Of a DNA stretch of 64,000 nucleotides, positions 28,086 through 47,780 are shown piece by piece. The stretch is from NCBI RefSeq assembly GCF_009914755.1, contig NC_060930.1; one strand, written 5' to 3'. The DNA comes from the human T2T-CHM13v2.0 reference genome, Homo sapiens. Made by a program: the position numbers and the translations under genes. Under the pieces are notes generated by a model, which made no database searches, was not told the DNA's origin, and saw only the letters and a program-made list of their open reading frames with translations. How positions within the stretch are numbered: position 1 is the first letter of the stretch; the number at the start of each line of letters is the position of its first letter.

Positions 28086-29759
28086 GTACAACTAATTTCC
28101 ACAACAAAAAATGTACTATTACATGGATATAATGTTTATATTCTCTTCACAGAATTTGAGTCACTTGAATTTTTGCTTTAACACTTAGAATTTGGAGGGT
28201 CTGTTTTCTTAAAAAAAATTAACACTTTAAATCCAATAAGTAAATGTGGAAGGTTGGTGGAAATAGTTAGCTGGAAACTCAGAATTGATATTAACTTTCA
28301 CCAAGCCTTTGTTCACATTATTTTCTTCTACAATTTATGAATGAATAATCCTGCACTATCTATGCATTCAAACAATGATACATATGGTGCATATGTATAT
28401 ATGGCAAAAATCTAAGAAATGTAGCCAAATATTAATATTGCTTACACGTAAGTAGTCAAATCATGGTGGTTTTTTTTTATTTTCTTGATTTTGCAAGAAA
28501 ATTAATAAAGAGGCTATTTACATTTTAATGTACAAATGTGTATACAAATATAATAGTTATGCTTTAAAAATCCAATAAATAAATGTAAGTAAAACATTTC
28601 TGAATTTTTTAAAGATTTCTCAATAGATCTAGGTATTCTTCTTAACCAAATACTGATACTACCGTTAACCACTTCTGGAAAATTCTGGCAATTGGTCCCT
28701 TTGGGGAAGAACTAGAGGAATCACTACTATACACACTTACTGTGGTATTCAGTGCCCTTCCTCAAGGGGAATTCGCCTATCTTTTTTTTCTTAAGTAATA
28801 TTTTATCTTTAATAGACAAATAATGGTTGTATTTATTTACGGGATACAAAGTGACATTTTGATGCAAGCATACCTTGTGGAATGATCAAATCAGGCTAAT
28901 TAACATATCTGTCATCTCAAATGCTTATCCTTTCTTCATTGTGGGAGCACTTAAAATCAATTCTTTTAGCTATTTGGAAATATAAAATATATTATTTTCT
29001 AACTATATTTACTTACGATGTAGTGTAATAGATCACAAGAACCTATTTCTTCTATCTAACTGAAACTTTGTACTCTTTGACCAACATCTCCCCTTTCTTT
29101 GTCCATCCTCCTAGCCCAGCCTTTGGTAGCCATCACTGTACTCTGTATTTCTATCACTTTGCCTTTTTAAATTGCACATATAAGAGAGATCATGCAGTAT
29201 TTGTTGCTTTGTGTCTGACTTATTTCCTGTAGCAGAATGTCCTTTAGGTTAATCCATGTTGTCATAAATGACAAAATTTCCTGCCTTTCAAAGGCTGAAT
29301 AGTATTCCATTGTTTATATATACCACATTGTCAAAATCCATTCATCTGTTGATGGGCATGTAAGTTGTTTTCAAATATTGGCTTTATTAATAATGCGGCA
29401 GTGAACGTGGGAGTTCAGACATCTTGTTGACATACTGATATTAATTCCTTTGACTATATACTCAAAAGTGGAATTGCTGGACTGTGTGGTAATTTTAGAT
29501 TTTTAGTAACATTCATACTGTTTTCCAAAATAACTGTATGAATTAACAATACCATCAACAATGTACAAGGGTTCCCTCTGCTCCACATCCTCATCAACAC
29601 TTGCTAGTTTTCATGTTTTCGATAATAGCCAGTCTATCAGGTGTAAGATAATATTTCATTGTGATTTAATTAGCATTTCTTTGATAATCAGAGATTTTGA
29701 GCCTTTTTTAATATATCTGTTGACCACTTTTATGTTTTCCTTTGAGAAATGTGTATTTA

Positions 29760-31759
<2,000 letters not shown>

Positions 31760-31822
31760 TGTAATGTTAGCTGGTTATTTTGTTTGTTAGTTGATGCAGT
31801 GTCTTCCTAGCCTCTATGGTCT

Positions 31823-32839
31823 TTACAATTTGGCATGATTTTGCAGTGGCTGGTACTGGTTGTTCCTTTCCATGTTTAGTGCTTCCTTCAGGAGCTCTTT
31901 TAGGGCAGGCCTAGTGGTGACAAAATTTCTCAGCATTTGCTTGTCTGTAAAGGATTTTATTTCTCCTTCACTTATGAAGCTTAGTTTGGCTGGATATGAA
32001 ATTCTGGGTTGAAAATTCTTTTCTTTAAGAATGTTGAATATTGGCCCCCACTCTCTTCTGACTTGTAGAGTTTCTGCCGAGAGATCCGCTGTTAGTCTGA
32101 TGGGCTTCCCTTTGTGGGTAACCCGACCTTTCTCTCTGGCTGCCCTTAACATTTTTTCCTTCATTTCAACTTTGGTGAATCTGACAGTTATGTGTCTTGG
32201 AGTTGCTCTTCTCGAGGAGTATCTTTGTGGCATTCTCTGTATTTCCTGAATCTGAATGTTGGCCTTCCTTGCTAGATTGGGGAAGTTCTCCTGGATAATA
32301 TCCTGGAGAGTGTTTTCCAACTTGCTTCCATTCTCCCCGTCACTTTCAGATACACCAATCAGACGTAGATTTGGTCTTTTCACATAGTCCCATATTTCTT
32401 GGAGGCTTTGTCCATTTCTTTTTATTCTTTTTTCTCTAAACTTCCCTTCTCACTTCATTTCATTCATTTCATCTTCCGTTACTGATATCCTTTCTTCCAG
32501 TTGATCGCATCGGCTCATGAGGCTTCTGCATTCTTCACGTAGTTCTCGAGCCTTGGCTTTCAGCTCCATCAGCTCCTTTAAGCACTTCTCTGTATTGGTT
32601 ATTCTAGTTTTACATTTGTCTAAATTTTTTTCAAAGTTTTCAACTTCTTTGCCTTTGGCTTGAATTTCCTCCTGTAGCTCGGAGTAGTTTTATCGTCTGA
32701 AGCCTTCTTCTCTCAACTTGTCAAAGTCATTCTCCATTCAGCTTTGTTCCATTGCTGGTGAGGAGCTGCGTTCCTTTGGAGGAGGAGAGGTGCTCTGCTT
32801 TTTAGAGTTTCCAGTTTTTCTGCTCTGTTTTTTCCCCAT
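31823..32839 (-). pseudogene. L1 ORF1p, full length (1017 nt) but with in-frame stops
   Basis: ATG GGG AAA AAA at 32839; premature TAA at 32690-32692 and a CGA>TGA stop near 32450; C-terminal 186 aa open. Confidence 0.9.
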
Positions 32840-33487
32840 CTTTGTGGTTTTATCTACTTTTGGTCTTTGATGATGGTGATGTACAGATGGGGTTTTGGTG
32901 TGGATGTCCTTCCTGTTTGTTAGTTTTCCTTCTAATAGACAGGACCCTCAGCTGCAGGTCTGTTGGAGTTTGCTAGAGGTCCACTCCAGACCCTGTTTGC
33001 CTGGGTACCAGCAGCGGTGGCTGCAGAAGAGCGGATTTTCGTGAACCGCGAATGCTGCTGTCTGATCGTTCCTCTGGAAGTTTTGTCTCAGAGGAGTATC
33101 CTGCCGTGTGATGTGTCAGTGTGCCCCTACTGGGGGGTGCCTCCCAGTTAGGCTGCTCGGGGTTCAGGGGTCAGGGACCCACTTGAGGAGGCAGTTTGCC
33201 CGTTCTCAGATCTCCAGCTGCGTGCTGGGAGAACCACTGCTCTCTTCAAAGCTGTCGGACAGGGACATTTAAGTCTGCAGAGGTTACTGCTGTCTTTTTG
33301 TTTGTCTGTGCCCTGCCCCCAGAGGTAGAGCCCACAGAGGCAGGCAGGCCTCCTTGAGCTGTGGTGGGCTCCACCCAGTTCGAGCTTCATGGCTGCTTTG
33401 TTTACCTAAGCAAGCTTGGGCAATGGCGGGCACCTTTCCCCCAGCCTTGCTGCCACCTTGCAGTTTGATCTCAGACTGCTGTGCTAG

Positions 33488-35550
<2,063 letters not shown>

Positions 35551-36532
35551 GAACAAAAAACCAAACACCGCATATGCTCACTCATAGGTGGGAATTGAAC
35601 AATGAGAACACATGGACACAGGAAGGGGAACATCACACTCTGGGGACTGTTGGGTGGGGGGAGGGGGGAGGGATAGCCTTAGGAAATATACCTAATTATA
35701 AATGACGAGTTAATGGGTGCAGCACAGCAGCATGGCACATGTATGCATATGTAACTAACCTGCACATTGTGCACATGTACCCTAAAACTTAAAGTATAAT
35801 AATAATAAAATAAAAAAATAAAGAATAGAATAAATAAAAACAAAAATAAATAAAAAATAAAAAGAAATCTCTGCTCATATCCAGGCCATGATGGTTTCCC
35901 CCTGTGTTTTCTTCAAGTAGTTTTATAGCTTCAAGTCTTATGTTATATTAAGTCTTTAATCCATTTTGAGGTGATTCTTGTACAAAGGCTGAAGTAAGGG
36001 TTCATTTTGATTCTTCTGTGTGTGTGTATCCAGTTTTCCCAACACCATTTATTGAGAAGTCTGTCATTTCCCCATGGTGTGATCTTGTTACCTTTATGAA
36101 AATTTAATTGACCATAGGTGTATGGGTTTATTTCTGGGCTTTCTATCATATTCCATTGATTGATATGTCTGGTTTTATGCCAGTACTATGCTGCTTTGAT
36201 TACTGTGGATTTGTAATGTAATTTAATGTCTGAGAGTGTGAAGCCTGCAGCATTATTTTTTCTCAAGATTGTTATCTGTGGCTATTTGTAGTCTTTTGTG
36301 GTTTCATATATATTTTACAATTTTTTATTTCTGTGAAAAATGCATTGGAATTTTCATATGGATTACATTTAATCCGCTTTGGGTAGTATGACCATTTTAA
36401 CAATATTAATTGTTCTAATCCATGAGCATGGGCTAGCTTTTCATTTATTTGTGTCATCTTCAGGTTTTTTCAACAATGTTTTATAGTTTTAGTATATGGA
36501 TCTTTCACTTCCTTGGTTAAATTTAGTCCTAA

Positions 36533-36651
36533 GTGTGTGTGTGTGTGTGTGTGTGTGTTTGTGTGTATGTGTGTGTGCATCAACTAACCATAGTCATGTG
36601 GGTTTATTTCTGGGCTTTCTATCATGTTCCATTGATTACTTCTAAGTGAAT

Positions 36652-36687
<36 letters not shown>
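36533..36687. repeat. Two (TG)n microsatellites flanking a ~60-bp L1-like segment
   Basis: TG runs at 36533-36577 and 36654-36687. Confidence 0.9.
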
Positions 36688-36689
<2 letters not shown>

Positions 36690-37206
36690 AAGATACTGTT
36701 GTAATTTTAAAATTTCTTTCTCAGGTTGTATGTTGTTAGTGTACAGAAATAATATTAATTTTGTAAGTTGATTTTGTATTCTGCAAATTCACTAAATTTG
36801 TTAATTTGTTTTAACAATTTTTTGGGTGTAGTCTTACAGGGTTTTCTATATATAAGATCATGTCATCAGTAAACAATTTCATTTATTCTTTTCCTATTTG
36901 GATGCTTTTTATTCTTACCCAATTGTTTTGACTAGGACCTCCAGTACTATGTTGAACATAATTGATGAAAGCAGACATCCTTGTCTTGCTCCTGATCCAA
37001 AAGCCTTTAACTTTTCACCACTGAGTATGATGTTCACTGTAGGCTTGTTATATATGGTCTTTGTTGTGCTGAGAAACATTCCTTCTATAACTGATTTTCA
37101 AAAGTTTATCATGAAAGGATGTTAAATTATTTCAAATGTTTTTTCTTCATCTATTGAGGTGATTATATTGTTTTTATTCTTCATTCTGTTACTATGGTGA
37201 ATCATA

Positions 37207-37583
37207 TTTTTAATTGTTTTTTACTTGCATAAATTTATTTTGTGATAGGTAGAAAAGCACATCTGCAGACCTAGAAGCAGAGTGAATCTAAAAAATATTA
37301 TTTATAATTATTATGAGTACACAATAGGTATATATTTTCATGGGGTACATTCAATGTTCTGATACAGGCATATGATGTGTAATAATCACATCAGGGTATT
37401 TGGAGTATTCATTACCTCAAGCATTTATCATTTCTTTGTGTTAGGGAATTTCAGTTTCATTCTTCTAGTTATTTAAAATATACAATGAATTATTATTGAC
37501 TGTAGTCACCCTGTTGTGCTATCAAATAGTATGTCTTATTCATTTTATCTAACTATATTTTTGCACCCATTAACAATCCCCAC
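37207..37583 (-). mobile_element. L1MA 3' fragment nested in the host L1, with possible 3' transduction
   Basis: atggggtacat...gatacaggcat...taataatcacatcagggta is typical of L1MA 3' ends. Confidence 0.75.
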
Positions 37584-37753
37584 TTGATTTGAATATGGTA
37601 AGCCATTCTTGCATCCTAGGAATAAATTCCATTTGACCATGGTGAATGATCCTTTTAATGTACTGTTGAATATAGTTTTTGGTATTTTGTTGAGGATTTT
37701 TGCATCCATGTTCATCAGCGATATTGGCCTGTAATTTGCTTTTCCGGTAGTTT

Positions 37754-38008
37754 CTTTTTTTTTTATTATACTTTAAGTTTTAGGGTACATGTGCACAACG
37801 TGCAGGTTAGTTACATATATATACATGTGCCATATTGGTGTGCTGCACCCATTAACTCATCATTTAACATTATGGAAAATCTCCTAATGCTATCCCTCCC
37901 CGCTCCCCCCACCCCACAACAGGCCCCGGTGTGTGATGTTCGCCTTCCTGTGTCCATGTGTTCTCATTGTTCAATTCCCACCTATGAGTGAAAACACACG
38001 GTGTTTCT
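37754..38008 (-). mobile_element. L1PA 3' UTR fragment
   Basis: ttattatactttaagttttagggtacatgtgcacaacg. Confidence 0.92.
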
Positions 38009-40371
38009 TAGTCTGGCTTTGGTCTCAGGCTAATGTTGGCCTTACAAAATGATTGTGGAAATATTTCCTTCTCTTCAATTTTTTGAAGAAGTTTGAAAAT
38101 AATTATTACCAGTTCTTCTATAAATGTTGGGTAGAATTCATTTATGAAAATATCTTTTCCTGGGTTTTCCTTGATGGCGGACTTTTCATTACTGATTTAA
38201 TTTCCTTGCTCATTACTGTTCCATTTATATTCCTCATGATTTGATCTTGGAAGGTTATGTATCGAAGCCTTTATCTATTTCCTCTCCATCGTCCAATTTG
38301 TTTGCATGCAATTGTTCGTAGTGGTCTCATAAGATCCTTTGTATTTTTGTACTATCAATTGTGATATCTTTTTTCATTTCTGCTTTAGTTTACTTGAACC
38401 ACCTGTATTTTCTCGTGGTTAATTTAGCTAAGGATTGTCAATTTTGTTTGTCTTTTTGGAAGACCAACGCTTAGCTTTACTGATCTCTTGTATTGTTTTT
38501 CTAATTTCTATTTCATTGATTTTTGCTCTGAAATGTTTCCTTTCTTCCACTAACTTTAGGCTTAGATTGTTCTTCTTTTACTAATTCATTGAGGAGTAAC
38601 ATTAAGTTGTTTATTTAAGATCTCTCTCTCCTTCTCTCACTCTCTCTTTTGATGTAGGCATTTAGTGTTACAAACTTTCCTCTTAGAACTGCTTTTGCTG
38701 AATCCTGTAAGTTTTAATATGTTGTTTCCATTTTCATTTTTCTCTAAATATTTTTAAAATTAATTTTTGAATTTCCTCTTTGACTCAATAGTTTTTCAGG
38801 AGCATGTTGTTTAATTTGCATATACTTGTTAATTTTTCTTGGTTTCTCCTGTTATTGATCTATAGCTTTATATCATTGTGATTGAGAAAGATACTTGATA
38901 TAATGTTGATCTTCTGACACTTGTTAAGATGTTTTGTGGTCTATCAATTGATTTATCCTAGTGAATGTTACATGTATACTTGAGAAAAATGTATATTTTG
39001 TTGCTGTTGGATGAAATGTTCTGTATAGGTCTATTAACTCCATTGGTATACGTATAGTTCAAGTCATATTTTGTTATTAAAAATTTTTTGTCTAGATAAT
39101 AGTTCTGTTGTTGGAAGTGGGATATTAAAATTATTTACTATTATTGTGCTGCATTTATGTCTCTTTTCAGAACTCTTAATCTTTGATTTATATATTTAGG
39201 TGCTTCAGTGTTGGGTGCATATATATTTACAATTGTTATATTATCTTGATGCACTGATCTTTTTATTATAATATACTGACCTTCTTTATCTCTTTTTACA
39301 GTTTTTTTTAACCTAAAGTTTATTTGGTGTGAAATAAGTATAGCCACCCCTGCTCTGTTTTATTTGCCTGGAATATCATTTTCCATCACTTCATTTTCAA
39401 CCTGTAAGTTTCCTTTAAGGTAAGGTGAGTCTTCTGTAGGCCCATATAGTTGGATCTTGTTTGGTATGTATCATGGTACTGTATGCCTTTTGACTACAGA
39501 ATCTAATCCATTAAACTTTAAAGTAATTATTGATAGATGAGAGGTTGCTACTTCCATTTTATTGTTTTCAAGTTGTTTTCTAGATCCTACATTTTTTTTC
39601 TTATATCTTGCTTTCTTTACTTGTGATTTGATTGCTTTTTGCAGGGATATATTTTGAATTTTTTAAAATATTTTGTGTATCTATTATAGGCTCATGCTTT
39701 GTGGTTACATAAATCATCTTATACCTATAACAAGCTATGCCAAGTTGATAACAACTTAAGTTTGATCACTTACACAAAGGCTACACTTTTACTCTCCTCC
39801 TTCTAAATTTTATGTTTTTGATGTCATTCTTTACATCTTTTTATAATATGCATACTTAACAAACTACTGTAGCTGTAGTTGCTTTTAAGAATTTTGCCTT
39901 TTAACCCTTATACTAGAGAAATCCTTGATTTGTTCACCATCATTACAATATTAGAATGTTTTGGAATTGAAAAATGCCATTAATTTTACCAGTGCGTTTT
40001 ATACTTTCATATGTTTTCATGTTTCTATTTTGAATCCTTTTCCTTCAGCTTGAAGAACTCCCTTTAGCATTTCTTATAACGCAGGTCTAATGGTGAGAAA
40101 CTCAGCCTTTGTTACTCTGAGAAAGTCTTTAACATCCCTCATTATTTAAAGACAGGTTTGCTAGGTATACTATTCTTGATTGGCAGGTTTTTTTCTTTTA
40201 GAATTTTGAATATATTATCCCACTCCCTTGAGCTTTCAAGGTTAATGCTGAGAAATTTGCTGATAGTTTTATCAGGGTTCTCTTATATGTGACAATTCAA
40301 TTCTCCCTTGCTGCTTTCCATACTCTAAGTTTTGACAGTTTTGTTATGATGTGCCTTGGTGTGAGTTTCTT

Positions 40372-40758
40372 TTCCTTTTTTAAATTTTAGATTCAGAGGG
40401 TACATGTGCAGATTTGCTGCAAGGACATATTGTGTGGCGTTGGGCTTCTGTTGATCCCACCACTCAAGTGGTGAACATAGTATCTAGTAGGAAGTTTTTT
40501 GTTTTTTTGTTTTTTTTTAGCTCTTAGACCCTTCTTTTTCCCTTTTTGGAAGATGCAGTGTCAATTGTTTCTATATTTATGTCTGTGTGTACCCAATATT
40601 TAGTTCCTACTTATGTGAAAGAACATGCAATATTTGGTTTTCTGTTTCCGTGTTAATTTGCATAGGATAATATTTTCCAGTAGTCTGTCCATGTTGCTGA
40701 AAAAGACATGAGTTTGTTCTTTTTTATGGCTTCACAGTATTTCATGATGTATATGTAC
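40372..40758 (-). mobile_element. L1PA/PB 3' UTR fragment
   Basis: ttttagattcagagggtacatgtgcag; TSD cttggtgtg. Confidence 0.85.
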
Positions 40759-42912
40759 TTGGTGTGGATTTATCCGGATTCATTTTATTTGGTGTTCTTT
40801 GGGATTCCTGTATCTGGCTTTCTATTTTCTTCCCCAGTACTGGGAAATTTTCTGCCATTATTTTTTGAATATGTTCTGTGCTTGTCTCTCTCTCCTCCTT
40901 CTGAACACCTATAATGTATATATTGCTCTGATTGAGGGTGTCAGTATGTCTCTTAAGATGTGTTCATTCTTTTTCATTCTTTTTCCTTTTTGCTGCTTAG
41001 ATTGGATGATTTCCAGTGACTTGTCTTTGAGTTCATTGATATTTTCTTCTGCTTAATCTCATTTGTGGGTGAACCTTTCTGTCAATTTTTTCAGTTTAGT
41101 TTAATATTCCTCAGCTCTAAGATTTGATTGATACTTTCATATACTTTCTCTTTGTTAAAGTTCTCTGTTTTTGCATTTCTCTCTGGACCTTAGTGACAGT
41201 CTTTATAATCATTATTTTAAATTCTCTATTGGGTAAATTACATCTCTTCTATTCACTTGGGTCAATTTCTGAACATTTATTTTGCTCTTTATTTGGAATA
41301 TATATTTCTTGTTTCTTTAGTTTCCTTGACTCTGTGTTGTTTACTGCACATTAGATAAGACAGCTGCCTTTCCCAGTCTTATCAAACAGGACCTGTGTAG
41401 AAGAAAAATATCACTAGTCCATTTGACAAAAAATTTTAATGTGCCTCTCAAAGCTTTGTTTGTCCAGGCCACTGTTTCTGTTATTGGTGGCTCCCAGGAG
41501 ATTGGGATATGCCATGTCCTATCAATACTCTGTGAACTATAAGATAGAGGCCAGACTTTCAAAATGTAGCCAGAAAAATGTCAAGTATTAGATGTGTGGT
41601 CCAGTTCCTTCTATCCTCATGTTGAAATTGGGTGCAGGTGTTACTTCTCCACTCTCTCTGCATGAAGCCAGGGAGAGGTACTATGGAAACTGCCTGTATT
41701 TGTGTTCAGGCCACACTTTTTGATTCTGGGAAGATAGCTTTGGGAGTGGGGCCACTGTTTGTCTACATCTTTGTTATCTGTGATCTAGAGTAAGTTAGGA
41801 ATGCAAAGCTCCACCACTCCCAAGCTTAGGCTGTTAAGAATTCAGTCCTTTGGATGGGAGCTGTAGAAGTTGTGACACTTAATTGTGAACAAACTCTTTT
41901 CAAGAAGAATAGGTAGGCTATAAAATAATAGAAGAAATGAATAGAGCTATAGAAGTTGTGACACTTGGTATGTGAACAAACTCCTTTTAGGAAAAATAGG
42001 CTGGGGACAAGCCAAGTTCTGCTTAGTCTACCTGAGAGCTACTATTAGTCTGTCTTGTTAGCTCCCTGATGCAAGCTGGAGGTTAAGCTATGTAGTTGTC
42101 ACTGGATGAGTGTGCAGTAAGCTGCTAGAGAAAAAAAAAAAAAGGAGCTGTGCATTCTAGCCCCTGTTCTCCACTGCTCCCAAGAGATATAGTTCCTGGA
42201 AGAGTTTGCATGCCTGTTTAAAACCACCTCTTTGTTCTGTGATCTAGGGAGACTTGTATATGCCTAGTCTCTTCTGCTCTTAGAGCCAGGAGTTTTGGGA
42301 TATAGTATTTCTGGTAAATGCTGTAAAAGGGCATTTTGTGGGTGAACACACTCCTTCCAGGGAGAATTGGGAGAGCTGGGATTATTGCTGAGTTGAGCTG
42401 GAGGAAGTCTCAGGAAGTGTTAAGCTGCTGCTCAGGCTGTTAGAGAGCTACTTTTTGCTTGCCCCTTTAACTCTCAGATGCGTTAGTTAGAAACCAGACT
42501 GTCAAGTAGCCGCTAGGGGAGTATGCTGTAAACCTCTTCCAGGGAGAACCAGGTAGTGGTATTTTTGAGTCCTGTCTCTGTACTAATTCTACTAATTCAC
42601 AGTGTTAAAGCACCTGAAAAAGTGCTTGCACACACATATAAAACTGCCACTGTTTTCCTGTGGTCTAAATAAACTTGTGTATGTCTAATTCTCTCTAACT
42701 CCCAGAGTTGGTGAATTAAGAGCCAAACTGTTGGGCATCTTATAATTGGGGTGCCATATGTAAGGTCCCAATCCTCTCCACAGGGAGAATCTGAGTGTTA
42801 GTGATTCCAGTTATATGGTGAAGTACCTGGAAGGGGTCCATGCTCAAGTATGCCTCAGATTTGTCTACCCATTTGAAGTGCATGTTTGGGTTTTTATTTT
42901 GCTTTTGATGTG

Positions 42913-43357
<445 letters not shown>

Positions 43358-43437
43358 TGACATCAGTCTAAGGAAAACAGTTTAAAGAAAGTTCATCAAA
43401 AAGTAACAGTAGACACATCTGGGTGTCTTAAATATGA

Positions 43438-43912
<475 letters not shown>

Positions 43913-46900
43913 TAAAAACTATTTTGAAAAGGAAAAGATCATTATAACAGTTATAGATCTGTTTTCAGTAGCCTTAGCAACTTATTAACAATCCTTTTAT
44001 GTTCCTGTCGGACATCTCCCCCCATGGAATGTCCAAAGCCCCTTTCCAATGCACCATTGAGAGAACTGGCCTTACAAAATTGCCCTATCTGGAATTCAGC
44101 AGGACCATACACTACCCCCATTCAGTCGTCTCTCTGAAAGACAATGTTGGCAGTGTCTGGCCACAATTCAAAGGTTACTATCTCCTATTTTTAAAAAAAG
44201 GACTAGAACATATAAATTTGAATACAAATGTATAATGTTTTGAGGTGATCTGGTAAGATGTTGGTCTTCCTTCATTTAGTAATAACCTCGCTGGATCAAC
44301 AGGTACATAACATCTTTTCACGGTGATAATTGGAATGTGCACTAGACTCTAGCAGTTACATAAAATGGGAAACAGAGAGTAGCAAACGAGTTATAAGGAA
44401 TTTAAAGGCGTTATGAATGCTTTTTAATAGTTGGTCTTAACTATGGTCTTAGAGATGTAATAAATTTCTGAAAATCAGACCCAACTAATAGAGTAACACG
44501 ACCATCACCAAAACACAACCATGGAGACTTACTCAATTTTAGCTGAAAGGGGATAGCACTGTCTCAGCCAAATTGGACTGATATGATTGAGTATATTAAT
44601 TTACCCAAAAAAGAAAGAAAATGACATATACCTCCTTATCATGAAGAGGGCTACATGGGGTTTATTCTAACCTGATGCCATTAAATATTCAGGTTATATA
44701 GAATGAATTATGGAACTAATCCTCTTTAAATATTTTCACCCACCAATTTTATGTTAGCATACCTACATTAAGATACTGGCTAGCATTTAGCTTTTTTTAT
44801 AAGTAAATAAATTGGCAATATCATTAACACTTCCATCAATATCATTGTTTAAAGCATAAATAATAAATGAGTCCATTCTTTATTTCCTACTAGACTGAGG
44901 GCCAGAACTTAATAATAATCCTCTAAGGCAATCTTATTTTTGGAGCTGTTTTAGTTCTCTTGAAGACAGGCAGCGTATCTTCCCAAATGATGACATGAGC
45001 CAAAGGAATGGCTGTTTAATTAAAATTTTTAACTTCATCAATGGATTGAATGATTTTGTATAAAGAGCATTGAACTGTGAGTCTTGTGCCTTGATAAATG
45101 GTGACAACCAACACCAAGTAACGCAAAACAAAAGTAAGAATTCATTCCTCCTTCTCAACCCGCCCACCATCTCAAATGGTTGCCAGATCCTGTAAATTTT
45201 AAATTCTGAAATTTCTTGGACCTACCATTTTCTCTGCATCATTACTACTTTTAGTTCAGCCCTTGTCATTCTCCCCTAAACTACTGACATAGCTTTGTGA
45301 CAGGCAATTTACCTTGTTTCCAAACCATCTTCCATAGCATTGCATAAGCAATTTTTCAAAACCCAACCAGGTTACTCTGTTCTGGAACTCACCAAAAGCC
45401 TCTCTTTCTTCTGTTAAACTCTAGTCTTCTTGGTAAAGCATAAAAGGCCACCCATAATTAGCACTTATCTTTTCCTCTTCATCCACTGAGTCTCAGTAAC
45501 GTTAGTCCATCTGAACTCCGCAGAACAAACCTCAGAGTCTTGGCTCCTTGTGGTTTCTCAGCTTCTCCCAGTTTTGGCGGCCTTGTCCCTCCATGCCTGG
45601 CCACATCTCATCAGGTTGTGAGTGAGGAGCTTGATGGGCAAGTTATGGTGAGGTGATTAAGTATACCTAATTATTATTATTTTTTTTGGTGAGGTCTTCC
45701 AATAAAAAAAGCAAGAGTTTTTTTGTTGTTGTTGTTTAATTTCTCCAAAAATTACTGCTTCATGTCTGCTTTTATTACTTGGCATCTTAGAACTCTGTTT
45801 ACAGGTCTTTTAGCCAAGAAACTCATGACCATATGTATGTATTCTTTTCAGAATGTCAATTTTAGGTTGGCTAGAGCTGAACAGACTCCTCCAGACAGTA
45901 GCATGCTACAAAAGTTTTAAGTAGACAAATATAGTGGTAATGCAAAGGTGATTGGAGGAAGTCGAATGTCACTGAACAAAAGCTTTAAACAACTTTATGT
46001 TCCAAAAAGAAGTGCCCTTGAATATGAAGTTTTTTTCACTGATTTATCATAGAGTTTTATTTAACAATTTTTCTTTTTTCGCTTTTATATGTAGCTTAAT
46101 TTGCATTCTAGTTTATCCAATTCATGCAACTAGTGTCTGTCCCTCATTTTTGTTTTTGTAGAGTCTTTGATACAAAAGTCTTTTAGTAAATATTACATGT
46201 CTTTTGCCAAGGTGTGAGGTCTAGTGCATTTAACTGTCATGAGAATGATACGTTAGCTAAAACAAAATTTATCAAAAAGCAATTACATAAATTTAGGGAA
46301 TTTTGAATGGGAATTTCAGAGCCTTTGGGATGCTTCAGTAGCAGCTGTGAATGTGCTGGCAAAGCCCAATAAGTAGAGCTGAGGACTACTCATGAAAATT
46401 CCCACCGGAGCAGCTGTACTTTCTTCTGTTTCATTTATATATTACAACATTTTACTTGAAATGTAGAATACATTTTAAAATTAGGCACACATTATAATTA
46501 GAAATATCAAAATTGATAATTCTATTTCTACAATGTTCTGATTCAATAGCAGCTTTCATTTAAATAATCGAGAGTATTATTTTCGTAGACATTAAATTTG
46601 GGTTTATGAATTTGAGGTTCTATAATTTGCTTGGGGTAAAATTGTGTTATCTTTTTACTAAACTCATTGAAATTCAGTACTTCCTGTGCTATCTTTGTCA
46701 CTAATAGAAGTTACAGATATTTTTATATAACATTTTATTAGTGGAAGTTCTTTCAAATTAGGATCTGTGATAATCACTACACTGAAACAACAATATTTTT
46801 AGACTCACTTAGATCTTGATATTTCCTTCTGCAATGAGGAAGCATATGTATTACTTTATCACAAATTTAAAACATATTTTGACAAGTATATTTTAACATA

Positions 46901-47289
46901 CTTAATTTCCTTTATGATCTTTAAAATTTTTTTTTGCCATGAAAATATTATCCTGAGAAGGAGTCTATACACAAAGAGGACTGATGGCTCAATGAACAGG
47001 CATTCAGTGGTAACACAGCTGATATTATTTTGTGTTGGATAAACAGCTATATGACCACAGGTGCTTTCTATACCTATAAGTTATAGACCGAAGCAGCTGT
47101 ATTTGTCTGGCAAAGATTAGCACCATTCACAGGGTCTTATATTCAGGTTCTGTGGATCACTGCACTCTAGAAAGTCATAACTATATCGCCTTCCTTGAAC
47201 AGAAAATTATGTTATTCTCTTCCTTTGTTTCATAAGTTTATTTTCCTTGTGGTTGCTCTTCTTAAACTCAGCACTTAGATACATTACTA

Positions 47290-47780
47290 AACATGTGGTT
47301 TTTGCTGCCCCAAGATCCCTTCAGCTGCTTCTTCTAATACCATAATTTTCCTTCGTGATGCACACCTTCTGCACCATCAGATTCTGTGCTTTGAAAAGGG
47401 CCAACTACACTGACAACCTGTATCTATGATACTGGACATGGGGTAAGTTCCTTTTGTAAAATTGATTGGCACTTGACACATCTAGAACTGATGTGACTTA
47501 ATTCTGCAACTTTAATAGTAAAAGAATGACACTTTCTACCCTGCTTTCTAAGAGAGAAGGATGTTTGCCAAGGGCTTCACAGCCATCTTCCCACCAGAAG
47601 GAAATAGCCTTTCTGGGAATAGAACTGGTAGAGAAGAATGCAGGTAAGAGACAGGAGGAAACAAACAACTTAGACCCAGAGAAAACAGTTTAAAACACAC
47701 CTGAAATTAATTCTTCCCACGGACTCTTCAACTATGGTAGTAACCAACTCTGTCCTAGTTTAAGTCCTTTTAAGTTGGCT
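47290..47780 (+). mobile_element. Degenerate MLT1-like LTR about 1.4 kb upstream of the GFRAL ATG
   Basis: cacagccatcttcccacc...ggactcttcaactatg...gtttaagtcc pattern of old MLT1 LTRs. Confidence 0.45.
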
